Below are positions 37,492 through 47,018 of a stretch of 64,000 nt of DNA, piece after piece (position 1 is the first letter of the stretch; every line of letters starts with the position of its first letter). The position numbers were made by a program, and so were the translations under genes. This DNA is from an uncultured Anaerolineae bacterium (GTDB lineage Bacteria; Chloroflexota; Anaerolineae; Anaerolineales; Villigracilaceae), in the NCBI GenBank assembly GCA_903822545.1, contig CAIJPN010000114.1:1-64000 (forward strand), read 5' to 3'. The notes below the pieces were generated by a model, which worked only from the letters and a program-made list of their open reading frames with translations, did not search any database and had not been told where the DNA came from.

Positions 37492-39528
37492 TCATTCAAT
37501 CGTGTACAGGTGATCATCTTTGGAAATGTGGATTTGCAGCCAGCTGCTGGCGCTGGCATCCCACAAATTGGGAGACCAGGTTTCCAGCCCGGAGGGGATA
37601 CACTCACCCTCGTACACTCCAGGCAGGATTTTGGCAGAATCACACAACTGCGCCGGGCGCTGGTCGCCGATAAACGGGCTTTTGGCAGGCTGGTTCTCTT
37701 TCAACGGCGTGGGTTCGCAGTTGTTCGACCAGGTTTTCCCATCGGGCAAGCGACAAAAACTCTGGTTGGCGATTTCCACAATGCCGTAAGATTGGGCATC
37801 GTAGAGCAGGTTAGATGCTGAAATCAACCGCACCGTATCGCCGCGATTGCTAAGCAGGAGTTTGGTAACCGATGAGAAGAACACCAATCGCTGCCCCGGC
37901 TGGATTACGGTGGACGGGAAAGTGAACGGGTTGGAATCGCCGCGTCCATCATCCAGTTTCCAACCAGAAAGGGTAGCGGGAGCCAGCCCAAGATTGATCA
38001 ACTCAATATATTCGTCCCCGGTATTAACAAGGCCATCGCCGTTGAAATCTGAGCGCGGGTAAGGCACAAATTCGTTAATCACCACATTGCTGACTGCCAC
38101 CGGCCTGGGAGTAGATGTGCGGTAGGGTGTGGCGCTGCGCATGGGGGTGCGTGTGCGGGTAGGGGTGCGTGTGCGGGTGGGGGTGCGTGTGCGCGAGGGG
38201 GTGGGTGTGCGCGATGGGGTGGGTGTGCGCGATAGGGTGGGTGTGCGCGTGGGCGTGCGTGTGATCGTGGGTGTGTTGGATGGCGTGCGGGTTGGGGTTT
38301 TCCCATCTGCCCAGTTAGCCTGCCCGGGTGTACCATAGATTGGGTTGCCCAGGCGATCCTTCACGAAACTTGTCCCGGCAAAAGAAACCCACAGCGAATC
38401 GACTTCAACGGCTGTGCTGCTGTTCCGCTCCATGCTGGTGTAATTTGGGAAACCTTGCCCGGCAGGCCAGGAACCTCCATTACCATTGGCGGTATCTACC
38501 AGGGATGCGCTTGGCCCATACAAACGCAGTGTGTCACTCGTCAAAGAAAGCGCCGGTGAGAAAGTCTGATCGATGGGTGTCGAAAAACCTGCTTCGAAAA
38601 TACCCGTGCTGCTGCCGAGCAAGAAGTATCCCTTGGCTGGAATGATGCCAGAAAGCACAATATCGGCACTGCTGGATGTGATCAGATGCCAGCCCGAAAG
38701 GTTGATGGCAATATTCCCGGGGTTGTACAGTTCGATCCACTGACCGCTGGAACCATCGGCAGTTGTGCCACCCCAGGCAACCTCGTTGATGATTACTGTT
38801 CGGGCAGGGATGGCGGTATGTGTGGCGGTGTGGGTATTGGTGGCTGTTGGCGCTGCGCAGGGCGCAAAGGTGGAGGTTCCGTTGCGAGGGGCGCCTGGTG
38901 TTACTACTACAAAATCACTGCTGTTTTTATTGTTATCTTCGCAGATACCATCGACGCCATTGGGATTGCGCAGATAGCTCTGGTCAAGGCTGCCGGTTAG
39001 TGGCGCGAGGGGCTCAGTTTCTTTATACTCCGTGGTGGCGCTCATCCCAACCTGGTCGATGATGGTATTGTCGGCCCTGGTGATGGCAAGGCCGCCATCA
39101 TCTTCAAGGCTGGCGCTGGAATATGTAAAATCCCCAACCACACTGCCAGAATAGCGGTTGGGTGGCGGGGGGTTAGTATCAAAGTTGGTGATGAGCAAGA
39201 ACTGACCGGCCTGGATTTTTGTAGATACGGGGAAGGTTATGACATCGGTGAACGTTGTGCCAGATACGGGCGCGAATCGAATTTTCCAGCCCGAAATATC
39301 AATTTCAGCCTGGGTAGGATTGAAGATCTCGATAAACTCATCTTCTGTGCCACCCGGGCCATTGGTGCGGAACTGGCTAATAACAACGCTGATGCCCTGG
39401 GTTTGTGCTGGCCCAGCCCCGGCATATAAAACGCTTGGGCCCAAGATGCCCCATAACAAAACTGTCGCCAACAAAAAGCCTGCCATTAAACGGCGAAACC
39501 AGACTTTGCAGTCTGGGTGCCGTGGCAA
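37492..39528 (-). CDS. Secreted protein with three lamin-tail domains (LTD) and a TPTRTP-repeat basic linker
   Basis: Three LTD cores (VVISQFRTNGPGGTEDEFIEIFNPT; VIINEVAWGGT...QWIELYNPG; VVINEFVPYP...DEYIELINLG). N-terminal hydrophobic signal/anchor. Start uncertain: TTG at 39528 with a GGAGGT RBS, ATG at 39555, or ATG at 39486. Confidence 0.65.
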   Translation of the reverse strand: MPRHPDCKVWFRRLMAGFLLATVLLWGILGPSVLYAGAGPAQTQGISVVISQFRTNGPGGTEDEFIEIFNPTQAEIDISGWKIRFAPVSGTTFTDVITFPVSTKIQAGQFLLITNFDTNPPPPNRYSGSVVGDFTYSSASLEDDGGLAITRADNTIIDQVGMSATTEYKETEPLAPLTGSLDQSYLRNPNGVDGICEDNNKNSSDFVVVTPGAPRNGTSTFAPCAAPTATNTHTATHTAIPARTVIINEVAWGGTTADGSSGQWIELYNPGNIAINLSGWHLITSSSADIVLSGIIPAKGYFLLGSSTGIFEAGFSTPIDQTFSPALSLTSDTLRLYGPSASLVDTANGNGGSWPAGQGFPNYTSMERNSSTAVEVDSLWVSFAGTSFVKDRLGNPIYGTPGQANWADGKTPTRTPSNTPTITRTPTRTPTLSRTPTPSRTPTPSRTRTPTRTRTPTRTRTPMRSATPYRTSTPRPVAVSNVVINEFVPYPRSDFNGDGLVNTGDEYIELINLGLAPATLSGWKLDDGRGDSNPFTFPSTVIQPGQRLVFFSSVTKLLLSNRGDTVRLISASNLLYDAQSYGIVEIANQSFCRLPDGKTWSNNCEPTPLKENQPAKSPFIGDQRPAQLCDSAKILPGVYEGECIPSGLETWSPNLWDASASSWLQIHISKDDHLYTIE
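38129..38270. repeat. Coding tandem repeat, 18-nt period x ~8, encoding (T/S)PTRTP hexapeptide repeats within the LTD protein
   Basis: GTGCGTGTGCGGGTAGGG / GTGCGTGTGCGGGTGGGG / GTGCGTGTGCGCGAGGGG / GTGGGTGTGCGCGATGGG ... on the plus strand; in-frame on minus as RTPTRTPTLSRTPTPSRTPTPSRTRTPTRTRTP. Confidence 0.8.
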
Positions 39529-39596
39529 TATAAAATTACCTCCAATGGAAGGCATAGTGAGAAACTTGGGTTGTTTTTACAGGAAAAAACCAGCGC

Positions 39597-39857
39597 TTAG
39601 CGAGGTTCGACCACCAATTTAATCGCTGTTCGTACTTTGCCGTCGATATCAACATCGACAAATTCTGGGACGCACACAACCAGGATCCCATCGCCTTCGA
39701 GATAGCCTTTGGCCAGCACCAAGGCTTTGATAGCCTGGTTGACAGCCCCGGCCCCAATTGCCTGGACTTCGGCACGTTTATGTTCCCGAACAACTCCGGC
39801 AATTGCGCCAGCTACAGCAGATGTTCGGGAGTTCGCTGAAACCTTGATCATATCCAT
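39597..39857 (-). CDS. spoVS: Stage V sporulation protein S-family protein
   Basis: 86 aa, MDMIKVSANSRTSAVAGAIAGVVREHKRAEVQAIGAGAVNQAIKALVLAKGYLE...RTAIKLVVEPR; near-colinear with B. subtilis SpoVS. RBS GGGAGA. Confidence 0.85.
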   Translation of the reverse strand: MDMIKVSANSRTSAVAGAIAGVVREHKRAEVQAIGAGAVNQAIKALVLAKGYLEGDGILVVCVPEFVDVDIDGKVRTAIKLVVEPR

Positions 39858-39953
39858 GATGAAAAATCTCCCTTCAGAATAAAAAGGCCTGTGTTGATGA
39901 AAGAATTGTACAAGATTATTACGCCCAATTCAAGCGTACTTAAGGGGGTAATC

Positions 39954-40571
39954 CTAGGGGATGCTGGCGCGGGTGAATCGGGCAAAACCAGGGCCAACTC
40001 GCAACAGGGTTTCTTCGAGTTGAAACCCTGCCAGTGTGTGCAGGTTGCGGGCGTGGGCTTCTGTCCAGCCGCCGTGTTTTTCGGCGCGGGCCGCCCAGCC
40101 CAGCAGGGACTCTCGGTTTTTCCCGGTCAGGCCGCGTGCATCAGCCAGGGCCGTGGCCGAGGATATGCTAAGATGCTCAGATGGGTTGAGCAGGCACAGG
40201 CTGCCTCCCGGTTTGAGGATGCGCCTGCATTCACCCAGGGCATGCAAGGGGTTACCCAGCAGGAAGATGACGTTGGTGGCGGTGAGAAGGTCGAAGGATG
40301 CGGCAGGAAATGGCAGGGCGGCAGCGCAGCCCAGGGTTACGGGAATACTGGCAGGCGCGGCGCGCAGCAGGTTGTAATCAGTATCCAGCCCAATGGCCTG
40401 CAGGTTGCCACGGGTCGCCAGTAGCGCCGGGAGCAGGCCTGGGCCGGTACCAATGTCGAGTGCCAGGGAAATCCTTTTGCCAGCGGATAGGCTCCATTCC
40501 GCAAAACCGAGCAGGGTTTTGCCCCAGGCTGTGCGGGTTTGGATTTCAAGAAAGTCGGCGAATTCGGGCAT
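39954..40571 (-). CDS. Class I SAM-dependent methyltransferase
   Basis: Motif I ALDIGTGPG; motif post-I/II (ILKPGGSLCLL). Confidence 0.75.
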   Translation of the reverse strand: MPEFADFLEIQTRTAWGKTLLGFAEWSLSAGKRISLALDIGTGPGLLPALLATRGNLQAIGLDTDYNLLRAAPASIPVTLGCAAALPFPAASFDLLTATNVIFLLGNPLHALGECRRILKPGGSLCLLNPSEHLSISSATALADARGLTGKNRESLLGWAARAEKHGGWTEAHARNLHTLAGFQLEETLLRVGPGFARFTRASIP

Positions 40572-40652
40572 CGGTTTTGACCTGAGTGGCCCGAATATAT
40601 CATAAGCAGCGTTTTCTTCAAGGTTGACAATGTAAAGACTCAGCGCGCTCTA

Positions 40653-43334
40653 ATGCTTGGGATGTTTTACCACCTGGACGCTGCTAATTCTTGGAGAGCC
40701 CAGATTACCGTCAGCAATTCTTTCGTCCCATCTGATAAAATACCTCTCATGCAATCTTCCCTTGAAAAACTACGTAAATTCTTCCGTCTTGAAGCTGAAA
40801 ACAAATACAGCAATACCGCCGTCATCGGTGGCCTGGCCAAAATCCTGGATTTTTGGGAATCAGAAGCTCGCAACGAGGCTGTTCCCGAAGATATTATCCA
40901 GTTGGTAGCCATGCGCCTGCGCGATTATCACCGTCTGACCCCGGCTTCCCGCGCCGATACCCTGAAGGGGGTATGGAAGCGCATCCAGGGTCAGGGCGAT
41001 ATTAACATTCCGGAACCGGTCTACTCTGAAGCTGGATCTCAGCCAGAGGGAGCCGCCACCCGGATGAGCGCACGCGATGAAGCCCTGGCTGGTGCTCCCA
41101 TTATCGAAGAGCATCACGCCCCGCGCAGGGAACACCACCCCCGGCCTGATTCGGCGCATCGATCCGCTCCCGTGCCCCAGCCTGGCCCGGCCCCCGAACA
41201 GCAGCGCAGACAGGCTCCCCCGCGCTCCAATTCCTACCCCGGCGCACAGACATCCCAGACGCCCGCCGCCCTCAATGCTGACCTGACCGTGCTGCACGGG
41301 GTTGGCCCGCGCAATGCCGAATCGCTCAAAAAGCTGGGCATGCACACCCTGGGCGATATGCTTTACAACTTCCCGCGCCGCTACGATGATTATAGCCAGT
41401 TGAAGCCGATCCGCAGCCTGCAATATGGCGAGGTGGTGACAGTTATCGGGCACATCCAAAGTGTGGTTGAGCGCAAGGTACGCAGCGGCAAGATGACCAT
41501 CCTGGAAGCGGTGGTCAGCGACAGCACCGGCGTGCTGCGCATCTCCTGGTTCAACCAGCCCTGGCTGATCAACCGTCTCAAAGAAGGCATGGCAATCGCC
41601 CTGGCCGGGAAGATCGAGCAATACCTGGGCCGCCTGGTGATGAACAGCCCCGATTGGGAACCCATCGAAACCGAGCACCTGCACACCAACCGCATCGTGC
41701 CCATCTACCCGCTGACGGCCAGCATCACCCAAAAGTGGCTGCGCCAGCAAATGGACACGGTCGTCAACTATTGGGCCAACCGCGTGGCCGATCCGCTGCC
41801 TGAGAGCGTGCGCCGGGCCGCCGGGCTGCTGATGCTGGCCGAAGCCATCCAGCAGGCACATTTCCCCGGTTCACAAGATAAACTCAAAGCCGCGCGTGAG
41901 CGCCTGGCTTTCGATGAAGTTTTTTACCTGCAAATGGGTGTCTTGCGCCAAAAACGCAAATCCCAGGCAGTTGTTGGACGCATTTTCGATGTGCCAGATG
42001 AATGGCTGGCGGAGCGCATCGCTGGGTTGCCCTTCCCGCTGACCGGCGCGCAAAAACGCTCCATCGATGATGTCTGCGTGGATATTGGCTCGGGCCGCCC
42101 GATGAATCGTCTCATTCAGGGCGATGTGGGCTCGGGGAAAACCGTGGTGGCGGCGCTGGCCGCCATGATGGTGAACCGCCAGGGCAGCCAGGTGGCCGTA
42201 ATGGCCCCAACATCCATCCTGGCCGAGCAGCATTTCAAAAATTTCTCCAGGTTCCTGATCGCAGATGGGCTTTTGGCCGAGGGGCAGGTGCGCCTGTTAA
42301 CCGGTGACACCAGTCAGGGCGATCGGGAAACCTTGTTGGCTGGACTCAGCTCGGGCGAGGTGAAAATCCTGATCGGCACCCACGCCCTGATCGAGGATCC
42401 CGTTATCTTCAAAGATCTGCAGCTGGTAGTAATCGACGAGCAGCATCGTTTTGGCGTGGATCAGCGCGCGGCGCTGCGCAACAAGGGCCAGAACCCGCAC
42501 CTGCTGGTGATGACCGCCACGCCCATCCCGCGCTCGCTGGCGCTGACGCTCTATGGCGACCTGGATTTGTCGGTGATCGATGAGATGCCTGCCGGGCGCG
42601 AGCCGGTGGCAACCTTTGTGCTGACCCCGCACGAACGCGAACGCGCCTACAGCCTGATCCGCGCCCAGATGAAGGCCGGGCACCAGGCCTTCATCGTTTA
42701 TCCGCTGATCGAGGAAAGTGAGAAGCTGGATACGCTCAAAGCGGCGGTGGATGACCACGCGCGGCTTTCGAAAGAAATTTTCCCCAACCTGAAGCTGGGG
42801 CTGCTGCACGGCAAGATGAAACCCGATGAAAAAGATGCTGTGATGGCCGATTTCCGCGACAAAAAGTATGACATCCTGGTTTCGACCACGGTAATTGAAG
42901 TCGGCGTGGATGTTCCCAACGCCACGGTGATGCTGATCGAGGGCGCGAACCGCTTTGGGCTGGCACAACTGCACCAGTTGCGCGGGCGCGTGGGACGCGG
43001 CGGCGGCGAGTCGTTCTGCCTGCTGATCCCCGATAGCGCCGACTCTGCCGAAAACGAGCGCCTGAAGGCCATGCAGGAAACCAACGATGGCTTTAAGCTG
43101 GCCGAGTTGGATTTGCAGCAGCGTGGCCCCGGTGAATTTATCGGCACTTCGCAATCGGGCTATGCCACCAGCCTGAAGATGGCATCACTCACCGATGTGG
43201 GGCTGATCGAAAAGGCGCGCAAACACGCCGCCGAGCTTTTTGCCGTTGACGCTGAACTTTCCCAACCCGAACATGCCCTGCTGGCCGAAGCGTTTAACCG
43301 CTTTTGGGGCCAGGGGAAGGGCGATGTGAGTTAA
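40653..43334 (+). CDS. recG: ATP-dependent DNA helicase RecG with an extended low-complexity N-terminal region
   Basis: Wedge domain; Walker A (GDVGSGKT); DEQH box (VVIDEQHRFGV); motif VI (QLHQLRGRVGRGG). Start ambiguous (40653 or ATG at 40749); neither has a strong RBS. Confidence 0.85.
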   Translation: MLGMFYHLDAANSWRAQITVSNSFVPSDKIPLMQSSLEKLRKFFRLEAENKYSNTAVIGGLAKILDFWESEARNEAVPEDIIQLVAMRLRDYHRLTPASRADTLKGVWKRIQGQGDINIPEPVYSEAGSQPEGAATRMSARDEALAGAPIIEEHHAPRREHHPRPDSAHRSAPVPQPGPAPEQQRRQAPPRSNSYPGAQTSQTPAALNADLTVLHGVGPRNAESLKKLGMHTLGDMLYNFPRRYDDYSQLKPIRSLQYGEVVTVIGHIQSVVERKVRSGKMTILEAVVSDSTGVLRISWFNQPWLINRLKEGMAIALAGKIEQYLGRLVMNSPDWEPIETEHLHTNRIVPIYPLTASITQKWLRQQMDTVVNYWANRVADPLPESVRRAAGLLMLAEAIQQAHFPGSQDKLKAARERLAFDEVFYLQMGVLRQKRKSQAVVGRIFDVPDEWLAERIAGLPFPLTGAQKRSIDDVCVDIGSGRPMNRLIQGDVGSGKTVVAALAAMMVNRQGSQVAVMAPTSILAEQHFKNFSRFLIADGLLAEGQVRLLTGDTSQGDRETLLAGLSSGEVKILIGTHALIEDPVIFKDLQLVVIDEQHRFGVDQRAALRNKGQNPHLLVMTATPIPRSLALTLYGDLDLSVIDEMPAGREPVATFVLTPHERERAYSLIRAQMKAGHQAFIVYPLIEESEKLDTLKAAVDDHARLSKEIFPNLKLGLLHGKMKPDEKDAVMADFRDKKYDILVSTTVIEVGVDVPNATVMLIEGANRFGLAQLHQLRGRVGRGGGESFCLLIPDSADSAENERLKAMQETNDGFKLAELDLQQRGPGEFIGTSQSGYATSLKMASLTDVGLIEKARKHAAELFAVDAELSQPEHALLAEAFNRFWGQGKGDVS

Positions 43335-43389
43335 CTTACCCGGTAGAGGTGACCCATTGGGTTGCCCCTACCAGGTATAGGAGCATTTC

Positions 43390-43908
43390 ATGGTTCGAGC
43401 CCTCTTCCCCGGCACGTTTGACCCGATTCACTATGGCCACATGGATATTGCCGAACGCGCCTCGCGGCTGTTCGATGAAATTGTGATTGCCGTCTATGAT
43501 AAACCGCTCAAAAACCTGCTGTTCTCACCCGAAGAACGCATTTCGCTGGTGGAACAGTCTTTCCGCGACCATCCCAAGATCCGCATAGTGGGCTACAGCG
43601 GGCTGACGGTCAACATGGCGCACCAGATCGATGCCCAGGTAATTGTGCGCGGGCTGCGGGTTTTCTCGGATTTCGAGTTTGAGTTCCGCATGGCGCTGGC
43701 CAATCACCGCCTCGCCCCAGATATTGAAATCGTCTCGTTCATCACCAACGAGGAACACACCTTCCTGTCATCTACCACGGTGCGCGAGATCGCCATGTTG
43801 GATGGGGATGTTTCGAGCATGGTTCCACCGCATGTCGAAGCCGCGCTCAAACGAAAAGTCCGCGAGATGAGCGACAGTCAGCGCCCGGCCAATTCCTTGA
43901 GGGATTGA
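43390..43908 (+). CDS. coaD: Phosphopantetheine adenylyltransferase
   Basis: MVRALFPGTFDPIHYGHMDIAERAS... (T/HxGH nucleotidyltransferase motif); 172 aa. The conserved recG-coaD arrangement. Confidence 0.9.
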   Translation: MVRALFPGTFDPIHYGHMDIAERASRLFDEIVIAVYDKPLKNLLFSPEERISLVEQSFRDHPKIRIVGYSGLTVNMAHQIDAQVIVRGLRVFSDFEFEFRMALANHRLAPDIEIVSFITNEEHTFLSSTTVREIAMLDGDVSSMVPPHVEAALKRKVREMSDSQRPANSLRD

Positions 43909-43917
43909 TTTTTTTAG

Positions 43918-43965
43918 AAAACATATACAGGCTGGTGAGCAAAGTCACCAGCCTGTATATGTTTT
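43918..43965. terminator. Very stable bidirectional hairpin (21-bp perfect stem) at the left border of the low-GC segment
   Basis: AAAACATATACAGGCTGGTGA-gcaaag-TCACCAGCCTGTATATGTTTT. Confidence 0.6.
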
Positions 43966-44301
43966 CTTCCATTCAGCCCGATACCCATCGAACGGCAGGG
44001 ATTACATCGACCCCATGTTGCAGGGGCGGGAATACCATGCGGCTTTTGGGAACGAGTTTTTTTGATGGGAGTGGTTTGCCCTGGGTTATTGGTTGAAATG
44101 ACTCTGTATTGAAAAGCTGTACCAGTTGTGCTAGGATAAATACAGGTGAAATACAGTTCCCCATGCTGCGTTTTCCTGTCCAAAACGATCATTCCCATGA
44201 TAAAAAGGAGCGTGTAAATTAATTAATCTATTCAAACCACCCATCTAAAATTAAATCAACCGGCAAACAAAAAAGCCAACAACAAAAAAGTGGAGCACAA
44301 C

Positions 44302-46566
44302 ATGAAAACTCATTGCCGCATAACCTCCATCAGCTTATTTATTATTTGCCTGCTTGCCTCGAATTTTTCGAGTGTGCATGCCCAATCTCCGATAATAGAT
44401 ATTCCCAACCCGGCAGCAGAAGATTACTTCTTGCAAGAATTGCGTGATTACGGGGCGGTTGACCTGGAAAGTTTTTCTGACGATCCAGCTGAACGGATAA
44501 TCAGTGGGGAAACAGTTTTCGATGCGCTGATTAATGATCCTTACATAAAAGATTACCCTTACATTTACATCAGTAACGTAACCATTGTAGATGGTGTCTT
44601 CCTGGGAGATGAAACCATCCCGCAAAACTTATATTTTTCAGGGGTTACGTTTAATGGGGAATTTGACTGTTCATCCGCCGCAATCAAGAGCCTGAGTATC
44701 ACAAATTCCATTTTCAACAGCGGGATTTCTTGCTCGGGCGCAAAAATAGAGGGCGCTTTAGCCATAGCTGGCACTAAGATTCAAGGGCCCAGTTATTTTG
44801 ACGACACTTGTGTAGGGGGCGCAGCCTACTTTCTCAATTCTGAATTTAATGGCGAAACAAGTTTCCAGAGTTTTACAACAGCAAACTACACAACTTTTGA
44901 AAAAGCGATCTTCAACAACGCGACTTTTTTCAATGGTATAGTTTTAAACACCCATGCCGAATTTATTGGCGCCCAATTCAACGACAGTGTTCAATTTGCA
45001 AACGCCATCGTAGATGGAATAGCAAACTTCAGTGATACTTTCTTCCAAAATCCAGCCAGTTTCTATGGTTCCACTTTTGGAGATGATGCCAACTTTAATG
45101 GCGCGGAATTTAGTGATGCGGTTGAATTTACAAACGCCAAAGTATTTGGAAAAACCGACTTCCACAATACCACTTTCCAAAAATCAGCCAATTTCTATGG
45201 TTTCACCTTTGGGGATGACGCCAATTTCGATAACGCAAAATTCAGCGGTGATGCGATTTTTGAGAATGCCGAGTTCAACAAGGATGCCTATTTCCCCGGC
45301 GTGATTTTTCGTAAAACATCCAACTTTAACAATATCGATTTTGGGCGCGATGTTAGCTTTAAAAATGTCAGCTTTGATGATTTGGTGCACTTTCGCAACA
45401 CATCAGTAACGCACGATTTTAATATCACATTGTCAGCCTTTCATGGGGATGTTGATTTCAGTTACGCCAGCATCAACCGTTACTTGTGGGTAGAAAATAC
45501 CAGTTTTGACAAAGGATTGAACTTCATTTCAAGTGAAATTGGCTTTTCCCATTTCAAAGACTCGATCTTCAACGGCCCCGTTAAATTTGAAGGAAGCATG
45601 GTCTTCAAAGATTTTGAGATAGAGTCTTCCTGCTACAACTTTGTTAACGAACCCTTCGACCTGTCTGGCGCAGGGGTGAACGGCTCGGTGTCTTTGGCAA
45701 AAATAGATTCACCGTCAGGCTTGAACCTTTCCGGGAGCAGTTTTGGCAGCCTGTCTATTGAAACCAAAGATATTCCCCAGGCAGCCTTTATCAACCTGAC
45801 AGACACATATATTGACAGCGCCTTATCGATCACCAATATTGCGGTTAAAACTTTCGATGCAGAAGGCATGTCAGTAGGGCAATCAACCATTTTGGATAAG
45901 TTGGTTGTATCCGATGCGATCAACCTGCGTAATGCGGTTATTGGATCCCTGAAAGTGAAAGATGCCCATCCACAATGGCCAATTACTCCAAATGCCTTCA
46001 ATCTACGAGGAATGACATACAGTGATATTGATATCGGTGACCAGGGCCTAACGACAGATACAAAATATGTGCTGTTAGGCCTGGTAGATGGCTCCGCCTA
46101 CAGCTTCCAGGCTTACGAAGACCTGGCAAATTTTTTCACCGAAAAAGGTCATTCCGACTGGGCATCCGATGTCAAATTGGCACAAAAACGCCGTGAGCGC
46201 AATGAGGTCCTGGCGGTGTTTTCTGGAGCCTGGCTATGGGCCTGGTTCCTAGATATTTTTGCCGGTTACGGGTACCGACCAATTTTTGCCCTCGGCTGGA
46301 GTTTACTGGTCATCGCTATTGGATCTTTTGTGTTCCATCGCAAAGAAGATATGCTTCCCATCGATCACGGTGATGCCGAATATGATTACAACCCCATCTG
46401 GTATTCCCTGGCTTTGTTCGCCCCTTATGTCGACCTGGGAATCACCAGCAAATGGGAACCCAACCCCAAAAAGCATTGGATTCGCATTTACAAGTACATC
46501 CACATGATTTTGGGCTGGATACTCGCTCCGATCGCCCTGCTCACCTTCAGCGGTTTGCTCGGATAA
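44302..46566 (+). CDS. Pentapeptide-repeat protein with an N-terminal signal peptide and a C-terminal 3-TM domain; low-GC, likely horizontally acquired
   Basis: Signal MKTHCRITSISLFIICLLASNFSSVHA. About 30 A(N/D)FxxAxFxx pentapeptide-type repeats (ANFSDTFFQNPASFYGSTFGDDANFNGAEFSDAVEFTNAKVFGKTDF...). C-terminal helices (AVFSGAWLWAWFLDIFAGYGY / IFALGWSLLVIAIGSFVF / IHMILGWILAPIALLTFSGLL). GC clearly lower than the flanks. RBS GTGGAG. Confidence 0.7.
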   Translation: MKTHCRITSISLFIICLLASNFSSVHAQSPIIDIPNPAAEDYFLQELRDYGAVDLESFSDDPAERIISGETVFDALINDPYIKDYPYIYISNVTIVDGVFLGDETIPQNLYFSGVTFNGEFDCSSAAIKSLSITNSIFNSGISCSGAKIEGALAIAGTKIQGPSYFDDTCVGGAAYFLNSEFNGETSFQSFTTANYTTFEKAIFNNATFFNGIVLNTHAEFIGAQFNDSVQFANAIVDGIANFSDTFFQNPASFYGSTFGDDANFNGAEFSDAVEFTNAKVFGKTDFHNTTFQKSANFYGFTFGDDANFDNAKFSGDAIFENAEFNKDAYFPGVIFRKTSNFNNIDFGRDVSFKNVSFDDLVHFRNTSVTHDFNITLSAFHGDVDFSYASINRYLWVENTSFDKGLNFISSEIGFSHFKDSIFNGPVKFEGSMVFKDFEIESSCYNFVNEPFDLSGAGVNGSVSLAKIDSPSGLNLSGSSFGSLSIETKDIPQAAFINLTDTYIDSALSITNIAVKTFDAEGMSVGQSTILDKLVVSDAINLRNAVIGSLKVKDAHPQWPITPNAFNLRGMTYSDIDIGDQGLTTDTKYVLLGLVDGSAYSFQAYEDLANFFTEKGHSDWASDVKLAQKRRERNEVLAVFSGAWLWAWFLDIFAGYGYRPIFALGWSLLVIAIGSFVFHRKEDMLPIDHGDAEYDYNPIWYSLALFAPYVDLGITSKWEPNPKKHWIRIYKYIHMILGWILAPIALLTFSGLLG

Positions 46567-46672
46567 ACTTTTTTTCCGAAAAAGTTTCATTTGGGGCGCA
46601 ATGCCCACTCTTGCCCCCCAAAACACGGGATGAGCATCTGGCCAATGCCTTGATGGCAGAGCATTCGTTTTT

Positions 46673-46740
46673 GCCACAGAGACACAGGGTACGCGGGGCC
46701 GACCAAAGGCTCCGGGGAACCGTGTCTCTGTGGTTTTAAT
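46673..46740 (+). terminator. Long-loop hairpin plus T-tract at the right side of the low-GC segment
   Basis: CCACAGAGACAC-(36-nt GC-rich loop)-GTGTCTCTGTGG-TTTTAATT; preceded at 46567-46590 by the palindrome AAACTTTTT-ttccg-AAAAAGTTT. Confidence 0.45.
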
Positions 46741-47018
46741 TCCCCGGCAGGCGCTTTTTTAGCAGGAATTGATATATACTATTTTTATCGGCTCTCCCAT
46801 TTTTTATGTGGATGTAGGTAGGGGCGACCCACCAGGGCATAACCAGATGTTTTTTGCAAGAAATCCTGGCATAAAAGAACGATTTCTCACGCATAACGGG
46901 TTGCCCCTACGGGTTTTCACATCAAAAACGGTATAGCCTTTTTATCGAATGTCGGGGCGGGCTTCTTTTTGGCAAAGACCCGCCCTTGCAATATATAGAT
47001 GAAATCCCAGGAGGCGCC

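Noticed and set aside
38129-38270. 18-nt tandem repeats considered as a possible CRISPR or minisatellite
   Set aside because: No spacers, and the period is too short. The repeats are in-frame within the LTD protein and encode a TPTRTP linker, so they are recorded as a coding repeat only.
40860-43154. 333-aa and 285-aa minus-strand ORFs
   Set aside because: Antisense to recG, which has a Walker A, DEQH and motif VI.
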